Assembly (NCBI GenBank): GCA_050084985.1
Contig: JBITNC010000002.1
Location: 10,540,001 to 10,604,000, forward strand
Length of the DNA: 64,000 nt
Direction of reading: 5' to 3'
Source: Nageia nagi
Taxonomy: Eukaryota > Plantae > Pinophyta
This document shows, in pieces, positions 40,726-51,974 of this stretch. Below the pieces are notes generated by a model. That model saw nothing but the letters and a program-made list of their open reading frames with translations. It ran no database searches and was not told the DNA's origin. The position numbers and the translations under genes are program-made. Position 1 is the stretch's first letter, and each line of letters begins with the position of its first letter.

Positions 40726-43700
40726 CATTGGACTTAGCCATTTTTTTGTTTCTTTTGGGCTCTATGGTGATTGATGCCATGTATCGAATGAAGACTCAAT
40801 GCAAAATCTCATGACTTCTCAACAACTCTGCTCGGTTGAACATGATTTGAATTTCACCTTCGTCCCCGTGGATGGGTTCTTCAAAAGGCTTTTGCTTTGT
40901 TGCAAGTAAGTCTTCTAGTTGTATTTTAAAGTTGCACTTTGGGCTCTTCTAAACAACTTTCTTCCCATTGCTGCCCAAAATGCTCCTTGGATCAAACCTT
41001 CCGAAGCTCTCAATTTACTTTCTAGACGAGGGTCCCCCACCTTTTACAAAAAAGAAAAGGAGGGGTGTGGTGAGATGTCAACAAAACCTTTAGAAAACAA
41101 GGGCTTTTTGAGGTGGACCAAACCGTACCGAATTAGTTCGTTTTTTCTGAAAAATTCGGTTTGGACTGAACCTTGGACAGGTTTGGCCAAACCTTGTAAC
41201 TATGGGCAAATCCCAAGGTTGATTGGGCTGGATAAAGTGCATCAGTCAGCATAGGCTGTGTTGTATGCACAATGGTGTTAGTGATGGTATGTATTACATT
41301 GTGGTGTATTTGATGTCATGGAGGTGGTTTATTGCTGTTATGTTATGTAGTAATATAGGTATATTGGAGACAATCTTTGTGTTGTCTTTTATGCATTATC
41401 ATGTTTAAATTTTATTTATCATTTCCAATGTTTTATGATTCTTTATTTTAATCTCTTATAAATAATATATATTACCATAATTCTAACGTGTGGTTGCATG
41501 TTAATTGAGAACCTTCAAAATTCCCTTACAATATACAGAGGTGCCTTCAACAATGGAATAAGAGATGGCTTATTGTTGGTGAGGCTGTGGAGTAGAGTGG
41601 TGATTGTTTTAACGTATTATGTATTTACCCTAAGTGCAAATGGTTGTCAATCTGGAATCTTCTAATTGTGAGAAAGAATTTTTTCTAGAGAAAAAATAAT
41701 TACCTGGCAGAGTGAGTTGACAAGTCAATGTATTAGCAAGAGTCCAGTTCATTGGAAAAGGTAACCGTTGTGTTTAAATGTTGGAAATGGTGTCTAGTGT
41801 AGTCATAGCTTAGTGCACTATTTTGAAGAACAGAGATTCTTTATAACACACTCTTCTTGAGAATTTATGAAAGAAATGTTGTCTTTCTACATTCCAAGTT
41901 CTCTTAAACTGCTTTATATATTTTTGAATGGTGAATATGTTTCATGGATGGAATACTTCCTTCAATATGAATTAGTAGTCGATGAATTCTACCATTCCAA
42001 ACATTTTCTTGTGCTTTTACTATTGTATTTATTTCTTATGAATTCTAGGGTCTGAAATTTGATACACTATTTTTAGAAGAGGTGGGCTGATGTAATATTG
42101 TCATAGGACTACCTTTTATTATTGTGGATCACTGGGAGTTTTAGATTGTATAGAAACATAAACCTATAGATCATATGCATATCATCATCATTATGTTTCA
42201 TTTAGTTTGATCTTATCAATAGCTCATTGCTATTCCCGGCAAGGACTGTTATATATCCAAATGTGTTGCAAGTGCAATTTTTTTTTTTTATAAAGGTAGT
42301 GTTTTTAGTTGTTGAAGAACTGTCTGAAATTTGCAGGAACAAATTCTGAGCTTTATTTCTTAAAATTTTAGAATTGCAACAAAGCTAAAAAACTAGAGCA
42401 GCGAAAAAGAAGACAAAATCTGAAACTAGTTATTTTTCAGAAAAATGGAATCACAATAGAATTGCAATACATTTAGGTAAAGACAACATTCCTGAGTTGT
42501 TAGGGTCAGCACTTTGCAAAGAACTAGCCTTCCCTTTTCTGTCCACCCTCAATTATACCAAACCATATGTTTTTTGGGTAAACATTTTTCATTTCCTCTG
42601 CAGACTGCTGCATGCGACTATACAAGACAAATTACTTTAAAGCTTAAAGTTTTTAATTAAAAAAAAACACGTTGTTGGCTCTTTTGCCTGTTATATGGGT
42701 GATAAAGCACATTTTTTTCTTTTCGTGAAGGAATTTTTTTACTCTTTGCATAACTTGCATAATAGAGTGATTCTATTTCAACTTTGTAGCATCTTTATTA
42801 TTCTATCCTTTATCATCACCTTCTAAGTGTATATGCAGTTAACTGTAACTTGCAGAAAGTTGAAATTAATTGGAAATCTTTAATTTGATATCATAAACTT
42901 ATGGCATTGCAGATTCAAAAAGTTTCTCAAGAAAATGGTCCCAACTACTGGAGAAGACTTTGAGAGATAGTTTAAGACCAATACAAGAAATTAAACATAT
43001 AAAGCACTAATAAAGATTATAAAACTCATTATTATACAAGGATCTGTTTACTTGAGAGAGAAAAGTGTTGAAATGAACTTGCATTAATAATTCCTCATAG
43101 AAAAAGAAGGGAAAGATTAAATCACGAATGGCAAATAATTATTAGAATTCTTGACGAGAATGTCTGCAAAACCTAGCTGTTGCAGGAGGTGGTGAACTTT
43201 GGATATTCTGGACTGTGTTGAACTTATGTAAATGCTATGTTACAATTGATGATTAAGATTGAGCACTTAATGTTTTGGTCTATCTATGTTATACCTTAAT
43301 GTTTCTAATGATATATCAAAATTTTCAATAAATGTTAAAAGATAAGGTTTCCATTTTGTTCTTCCAACATAAATCAAGTCATCAATTTCATAGATGGAAT
43401 TCAAACTTTTTTGTCATTCTACATGAAAAGTTATTACCATATCTTATATGTATATTTTATAATTTGTGACTTGAATTTGTTACTCCTCTTTTACAATCAA
43501 TATTGTTTTGCTGCATGACACGCGGTATGTAACTTTTGCATTTGGCTATTTGACAAATCTTCCACAACTATGGTCTAGAAATTACATCTCTGTAATTATT
43601 TTGCATCCCTAATTTAATATGATTCACAACTTTGATCATACCCAGCAATAAGACTTTGCATGAAGAGGCAATCATACTGCAGATTCAAAAATAATGAATG

Positions 43701-43746
43701 ATGTCTTAAAACATGCATATTTATTTGTCTACATAATGAAAATAGC

Positions 43747-46700
43747 TGCAGATATAAAAATAATGAACGATGTATTAAAACATGCATATTCCTTTGTAGA
43801 TTAATAGCAATATTCATTATAGGATCCAGTAGTTAGGATTATTCAAATTCACAAGTGGATATATAGAGAAGACTTATCTAGAGGGTGGGGGATTGAATGC
43901 TTGTTGTTGGACAACTTGTGATAATGGAGAGCGAACCCTAGTTGTAGCCAAATGATAGATTTGGATAATTTTGGAGATAAGTTTGAAAGATGATTCTGAA
44001 ACAATAATTTAAAGATGATTTTGCTTTAGACAATGCTAGAACGGATGTCCTAACATTATGGGATGTCTTGGTCAACCACAAAGGTGTTCAAGGCTTGAGT
44101 ACTTAGGGCTACGATGTTTGACGTTTTGGGTCTGAAGTTCAGAGCATTGACATTTTGGAATTGAAGGTCATAACACTATGGGTTTTGGTAGTGTCACTTG
44201 TTTTGGCTTGGGCTTTATGCTTTTCAGCTTTTTTTATGCTTTTGATGGTCTCGTTGCGATAATGGAAGATAATTGCTAGCTTATTTTGATATTACCTTGT
44301 TTCCTATCTTTCTTGGTCTCTTGTTCTACTTATCCTTATTGATTCTTTTTGCTTATTTAAATTGTACACCTGGGAGTGCTCTATATAGATTTGATTTTGA
44401 GTTCACCTAGGTGGACCCATTTAGAACAAGATGCATATGAAGATGCTACTAATTGAGAGAATTTCCCTTAAGTTAGCCTAGAATTACCCAAGTGGTCCCA
44501 AATTGATATTTTGTGTAAATAAAGTCCTTTTTAGATAGTTAAAATGCAATTTTAAGCATCTATAGTTTGCCCTTTTTGGAATATAGTTAAGGAAGCGAAC
44601 TTGAGGCCATATTCCAAATATAAAAGGATACAAAATTTGATGAGGTTTTGCACTCGTGCTATTGCAAAGAACTTGCAAGAAGCCATTATGCAAAATAAAA
44701 TGAATCTAGAACATACAAAATGATCAAAATTTTCATTGGCTGGAGATGTATCCTTGCTCCAAGGGTTGAAAAAGCAAGCTTGAGTCTGGATGAGCATGTT
44801 CTTCTAGAGTGAAGTGAATGGTATTGATTGCTCCTTTTGCTTTAGGTTGCATGTGAAGACCTATGCTAAACATGGAGGCCAAAACAATGAAACATGAAAG
44901 ATAAAACATGAAATATAGATGAAACTTAATAATTTGACAATGTAGGTCAACTAATTAGTTAGAATTTGATGCTTTTGGGCAAATGATAGTTTAAAGCATG
45001 ATAATTAAGAAAATGATATTTTAGAAAGAAAGAAATAAAGTATATTAATGTTCTCGGGTGACCAAATGTGGTCAATGGGACTAATAAGTACAATCATGAT
45101 GTTGAGACTAACAAAGCCCCTATTGGGCATCATCTAAAGAAAGCATAAAAGGGTGGTATAAGCAAATACATTTGTACAAAAGGTCAAGCCCTAAAGAGAG
45201 GGAGGAACAAAATCATAGTCAATCAGAGGGAAGCTGTCTTGGACCTCTTCCGGGGAGTGAGGGGGGAGCAAGTTGTGCTCTCTATCTTGGGAAGGGATCC
45301 TACTGGTCATTAGGGGATGTTTTTGAGGTATTGTTATTGGAAGAAAAGTATGTAATCTATTGAGTCCTCCATGGAACCTGGGTGCCTTGGATACGTCTCT
45401 TGGTTCAACGTAGGGGGAGTGGTTGGTCATCTCAACATCTCTTAGGAGCCCCTTAGGAGAAGAGGCTCGAGAGAAGGATGTAATATGTCGGTCCTCTGTC
45501 GACTACTGGGCATGGGTTGGAAGGTGCCTCTGAAAAAGGAAGTTCTCTTGAAAGTATAGAGCCAAGAAACACTGATCTAGGTACTGGAGGAATGTAGCTA
45601 ATGAATTGTGAGAATCTCGAAAGAGGTAGTGGTATTAGTCACAAATCTCCTAGTAAACAGTGCACTGGAAGATAAAGTGGTATTCAGACTTTGTCTCAAG
45701 AGAGTAAAGGTGACAAAGTTTTAGATCATAGACTTTGTGGTGGCCGGTCTTGATCCATAGCTGGTGAGAGCATACTTGAAACTGTCCAAGGGGCATCCTC
45801 AATCCAAGGGAGAGATGTTTGTTGATGTAACCAGGTGGGGAGATCAATCCTCTCAATATGAAGGTAATGTTGTGCATTGTGATCTGACATCGGCATCAAT
45901 GACTGTGGTGGAGAAAGCCAAGTGGTTTTGATGAATGCCCTATAGATCACCGCTCTTATCGTTGAAGTAGAATTTGAAGTGGAATTTGTAGAGGTAGAAT
46001 CCTTCAATAGTGGAGGCAAACTATCTAGAGAAAAACCAAATCTTTGGAGCATCTCTGTTATCTCGGCAAACCAACATCGATGATAGCCCTAAGCGGCTAG
46101 ATCGATCGAGGAAGTCAAAGCTATCGTAGGGAGTCTAGCCATATCATCCCTGCAATCGACTAGATTTTGAAGTTTGTATAGGAAGAGGACTATGTAAGTA
46201 ATGGCCCACACTCGAAGAGGTTGACAACCGAATTTTGCAAGTATGATAAGGTGAAAGATTGTCCTCTTACTCTAGGTGGCAAGGGACAAAAAGGAGCCAA
46301 GATCCTCTTTATAGTGGTCCACTCTGATATACCTAAGAAGGAACCCCATACCTCAAACCCATACAAAATTGCGAGTATGACCAGGGATTGGAATGGCTTT
46401 AGCTTGGACGAAATATCTTGAAAGTGTAATTGGATGCACTATCCAAAATGGATATGACGGTGGATATTGCTGCGTAACCTCGTCGAACTTTGGGAGGGAT
46501 TGCTGTCCTCATGGAGAATTTGGGACTTGAAAAGAGCACTCCGAAGTATTTATAGGAGGTGGTCTCGATGATATTATCGTGGAAGGTGATCTTGGTCTGG
46601 TCTAGTGTGGCTCTTGACACATTGAAGGCCACTACCTTAGTCTTGCTAAGGTTCATTACAAGCTCCTATCTAGCATTGAATGCATCTAAGGCATTTATCA

Positions 46701-49700
46701 AGCCTTGTAGACCCTCGGTTGAGTGTGAAATTAGTACATTGCCATCCACAAAGAGTAGAAATGGACACTTGGCTACCATGAAGGGGGCAACTTGACTCAG
46801 GGTCAAAGGTCTCACGGAGAAAGGACTCCAGCTTGTCAATGTAAAGGTCGAATAAAGTTGGGGAGAGAGGGCAAGCTTGCTTCACCCCCAATCATGCTAA
46901 GAATATTGTCTGAGAATCCTTTTGAAGTACGAAAACGGCTTGAAAGAGTCTCATAAAGGGTTAATATGTCTAAGAGTCCAATCTTTGATACTCGCAGTCG
47001 TCGAAGTTGGTCCATGAGCCTATGTCAAAAATGAATTTGTAGAAAATGATAACATAGAAATGATAATTTTTAGTTGTTAGTTCAGAAGATAATTGAGATA
47101 AAAATGCAGATTTGAGATATAGTTGATTTTTGTGGATTTTTTATGTGATACAATAAGTGTAGATGCTTGATTTGAAAGCATGGTCATTCTAGGATACTTG
47201 TTCACAAAGTGTGAGTGTTATGTAAAAAAGGTGCCTTGGGGTGTAGGGAAGCATGGCAATGCTAAATGCAATTTAAACTAGTATGAAACTATAGATGCTA
47301 TGTGAAAAATATAGTTAAGTAAATGATTAAAGTTCAAATTTAGTACTTTTTTAGATGCATGATGTTTGTTGGTTTTGGAAGGTCCTTACCATATATGATT
47401 AATAACTTGTATGTTATGGGAATTGCCTCATTATCTAGAGAAATAAGTACTATTCTTGCCCTTGACCTATGGGCACATTTGAAGCCATTGTAGAATAGGG
47501 TCTATATGTGATAATCATTTTTGGCGAAATTCACACATTCATTTGGAAGTTCTTTGTTAAAGGTGTTAGTATTATTTGAAGGAGCATCAATAAGACAATT
47601 GGAAATACCTTGACCTTTTATTGATTTTTGATTCATAAAAACTAAATCACATTCTTGGAAAAGCATTACCTATTTAATAGCTCTACCTTTGATATCGCTA
47701 TGTTCTTCTATACTAGAACTGTTTTCATTGTTAGTACTTTCATCATATTAAGCATTAGCACAAAGATAATAGTCAAAATGCTTTTTGAGATTGGAGGAAG
47801 GCAATTTGCAATTGGCAACTAGGAATTCAAGGATGACATCATCATTTTCATAGAGGACAGCTAAGGGATTATGGTAGAGGTTTGAGTGTTGATAGATTCT
47901 GGAAATGCTAAAGGAAGATTGTTGGAGAATTCTACCAAGTGATTGGTTTCAAAAGTGTTATCCAACATGGCTTCATCATTTTTAATGTCATCTTCTTCTT
48001 CCAAACTTTCAAGGATTTTCATAGTGTATTTGGATTGTATTTGAAATTTCTTGTTCAAAATGATTTAGGCTATTGTTTTAGTGCTAGTGTAATTCCTTGC
48101 TCATTTTTGCTCAATTTTATACCTTTTTAATTGTAAAATCTATTTAAGTAATAACTAACAAATTTTATTCCTCTTGCTACTATTTCCATGAGATTCTTTC
48201 TATCCTTTTTTGCTGAAGATGGTTGCTTTGTTGTGTGCCCACATAATTTTCTTTGTTGGATTTTTACCTTTTTTGAATCTTTGTACCTATCTTGATAGCT
48301 TGACTCCTATTTTTGGGTGTTGCATAAGTGATGTGAGGTTTTCAGGCCAAAAATTTAGTGTTCTTACATGGGTTTAGAATGTGGGTGTTTTGGCTCAACC
48401 ATCCTAGAACGAAGGTGTTTTGGCTCAACAAGGCAATAACATGGGTATTCTAATCGTGTATAGTGTTTTTGTTTATTGAAGTTGCGTAGGGATTTCAAGA
48501 ACTGAAAACTATTGCTTCGATATGATTCTAGGTTGATATCTCTAATTTGAGTTTGATTTTTTTGCTTCTTTCAACATCTTTTCTACCATATTATTAAATT
48601 ATATTTGTTCAACTACTTTTCCAAAGATGGATTTGTGATTTCATAAAACGTTATGTCATTATGAGGAACTAAGAGGTGTTTTGTTGTTTCCAATTTAACT
48701 GCATAACAATACTATTTATATGTTTGTTTATTTGTTGTGTATTGTAGAAAAAACGATTGAGTTCAAACTTTATTATATATATATATAGAAGGAACACTTT
48801 CCATGGAATGAATCCAAGGTCTACCAAAGAGGACATTATAAAGAAGAAATACTATTAAACCTAATTTGATTGGAAGGTAAGTAACTTCACACAATTTCTG
48901 TTTCCTCATTATGACTCTCATTTTCATTGTTGATTGTTTAATAGGAGGCGAATCCTCTTCTTTGAAATGTTGGAGGAAAGCACTAGAGCAAATGTTAAAA
49001 CTTCATCCAGTATTCACTAAAACCTTTTTTACTTATTTTCTGAAAATATTTATTTTGATGTGCAACGGTATACTTTAAGGATGCCTTTACTATGTAATTT
49101 TGAAGGATCAAATTTAATATCTTTAGATAGTTAGATCTTTGCTTGAGTCTTTTTTAGCTGATCAATAAAATTATATTGCTTGAGATCTTGTTGTAAATGT
49201 ACTCTTTAATTAGAATCCATTCTTATGACTCCTCAAAGTCCATGTTTGCAAGTGTGAGCATAAAAATCTTGATATATGATGGCACACCACACAGTTTCTA
49301 ATCTATGTTTCATGAATCTTTCAGTATTTTTGATAGTTTTGTTTTGATCTCGAGTTTGGTTGTTGGTTGGAACTGTAGTTGGGCAAACATAACTTCCCTT
49401 ATTTATCAATTGTTGACTTTTATTTTTTGTGTTTGTTGCATTGGTTGGTGGTATGACCGTTAATCCTATGTTAGCCACAATACGATTTTTCCATGTGTCA
49501 CAATTGTTTTGCTATGTTATTGTCCTCTTGATCCCTTTTAGGAGGTACTGTAATCAACTGTTTTTGTAAAAGATCTGTGAGAATGTAGCAAGGTGGAATA
49601 GTGAAGAGTCTTGTTTCTTTTTGAGTTTGATATGTTGCTAGTTATGTTGGTTGAGTATCACTTTTTTCTACATTCATTGTTTTATTTAATATTTGTTATC

Positions 49701-51249
49701 AATGGAATTAGACTTTAGCATTATAACCTCCACTAAGGTTTCCATATTTGATCACACCTACCTCAAGTCTCTCATTAGGTCCTTGTTGAATTGTATAGAG
49801 ATTTAATAATGTTGCTGGATTCATGATGTTATACTTATATTGATTGATAAATGTTTCACCTTTTAGATTCCTAGAGAATAATTTAGCCTTTATTTTTTCA
49901 TCATTGTCGAATTTCATACTTTATTTGTCTTGAAATAATAATAGATGTTGTCTTGGATCTCCTTGCCTGCTTAACGTTTTAAATGTTGGAGATTTATAAT
50001 CTTGAGGGAGAATAAAATTTTGAATATCAAAAGAAAGAGGATTTTAGTTGATGGTTTTTGTAATAGATTTTTTCCTAACCGTAGTTTGCTACAATAATTT
50101 CCTCAATTTTATTGTTTCTGAATTTGGTTATATCCTAGAAGTGGATAGAGTTGGACCTTGAGCATTCTGACTATTCCAAGTATTTTGATCATTACGTGTC
50201 ATGTTCGATTGAGCTCTACATTGTTGAGAATTTTACATAAAAAGTTGGTATTCTTCTTCCACGTCCTTGGGTTTAAAAACTTGTTGTATCAAGTTCTAAG
50301 TGCTGTAATATGAATCCATGATGCCCTAAGGTTGAACTGAAGGTTTTGGACTAGGAAATTTTTTCTAAGGATAGCAGGTTTATTAAAAAACCAGAGTTTT
50401 GAATGAAAAACAATTAGGTTCATTAATTTGTAGACAAAAATAAAGAATTATGTATTAAAACATGCACATTTATTTGAATAATGAATGAATTAAAAATGAT
50501 TAAGAATAATATGCATTATAGGATCTAGCAAGTAGGATCATGCAAATTCGGAAGATGAGATACAATGAAGACTCATATGGAGGGTGGGCAATTGAAGGGT
50601 TACTAGCAGATAACTTATGATTTTGGAGGGTGAATCTAGTTGCAACCATATGACAAATTTGGATAAATTTGAAAGATGGTGATTGTGAAGTTGATCATTT
50701 TGAAGATTATTTTTAATGAATATTATAAAGATGATTTTTCTTTGGATGATGCTAGAATGAATGTGTCAACATTCTAGGATGACTTGGTTCAACCACAAAG
50801 GTTTTTGAGAGTTAGGACCAAGGTAGACACGTTTTGGGCTAGTGGTGCTAAAGCATTGGGTTTGTTGGATTGAATGCCAAAATGTTCAGCGTTTTGGGGC
50901 AAGGTGCTAGAATGTTGGGTGTTCTAGCGTTGTTGCCCATTTCAACTTCTGTGATTCTTCTAACAATCTTGTTGTGATAATGAAAGATAATTGATGATAA
51001 TTGCTTGCTTTTTTTGATATTGCATTGTTTTTTTTTATTTCTTATTTTCTTGCCCACTTATCCAAAATGAGAACTTGAGAGTGCTTTATATAGGTTCAGT
51101 AAACTTGATTTAGAGTGCACCTAGGTGGACCCATCTAGAATAAGATGCATATAAGATAATGTTAGTTTAGAGAAATTTTGAATAAATAAGGTAAATTATT
51201 TAAATAAATTCATTTTTGGATGGTTAAAATGCGATTTTAATTATCTATA
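43747..51249 (-). mobile_element. Two-LTR, internally deleted Tat/Ogre-like Ty3/Gypsy element (3' LTR 43747-44564, 5' LTR 50429-51249)
   Basis: Colinear but diverged LTRs (cacctaggtggacccat, ttaaaacatgca, gttaaaatgc); PPT aaaaagggcaaac next to 44565; gag DPRQHL...KAKLFSRNLKG (~49850-49960); RNase H KSIKGQGISNCL (~47590-47630). Confidence 0.85.
45028..47027 (-). mobile_element. 5'-truncated RTE/RTEX-like LINE nested in the Gypsy element
   Basis: GVKQACPLSPTLFDLYIDKLE, NLSKTKVV, YKYFGV, QVCSHQLWIKTGH...LCHL...EYHFIFQCTVY; (TTTC)n tail; ~18-bp imperfect TSD (45010-45027 vs 47028-47045). Confidence 0.92.
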
Positions 51250-51363
51250 TGGTTTTATTTTGTGAGGATCCATTTTAGCGTATGTTTAGTATTCTAGTTT
51301 TCATTTAAAAGTGTACATATTAACCACTTTTTAAACATCTCTGTTTGGCATTTTATCTTCCAG

Positions 51364-51476
51364 GTACGTAAACTACTTCAGCATTTTCCTCGTGCATATG
51401 TCAATTTTCAAGGTGCTCATGGAGAATTAGAGAACGGGCAGTTACTGACTCTTACTGGAAGAATTTTATCTTCTAG
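51364..51476 (+). CDS. RECG: RECG exon (VRKLLQHFPRAYVNFQ...LTGRILSS)
   Basis: LLxHFPRxY is the RecG N-terminal signature; acceptor ttcCAG, donor AG|GTTGGT; phases fit both neighbours. Confidence 0.95.
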
Positions 51477-51974
51477 GTTGGTTTACAACTTTCTTCTTAA
51501 AATATGTAGCCATATTGGAAGGTTTATAAGAAATACTGATGAATGGACAATCATGGTATTGACTGTTAATGGTCACCATGGGATGCAACAGCTCTAGATT
51601 GTGTAGTCGAATAAATAGCTATTTCATTGTAGTTTCTAATGCTATAATCTCGATTATAGGTGCTTCAACTTGCAAGTCATGTCTTTTCTCTTATTCTTGG
51701 CATGCTGACAAAGGCTTTTAGGATGGAAGTTTGGTATAAAATGAAAACTCAAAATATTGATTTTATATGCTTAGTATTCCTAATACATTTTAAAGTCAAT
51801 GAACTTGTGAAAATGGTAATTGATTGTTATTGCTATGTAAAACAAATATGTGATTGTACGCATAATAGACAGATATAGTTAACATATATGCTATTTAAAA
51901 GTTTAATAATTCTTTTATAGAAGCATTTATGCATGTCTTTTTGCGTTGGATTGAAATGAAACTATATTAATGTT

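Larger units (their letters stand above)
34088..41083 (-). mobile_element. 7.0-kb TG...CA-bounded element without gag-pol (giant solo-LTR-like)
   Basis: Termini TGTTGACGT...ATGTCAACA; flanks GAGCC/AAACC (5-bp TSD with two transitions); no direct repeat between its two ends. Confidence 0.7.
32428..41205. mobile_element. Non-autonomous hAT-like element split by a 7-kb insertion
   Basis: Ends ccaaagt.../...aactatgg; 8-bp TSD-like GCAAGTCT (32420-32427) vs GCAAATCC (41206-41213); gggaacgttc-type internal repeats at 33550-33950. Confidence 0.6.
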
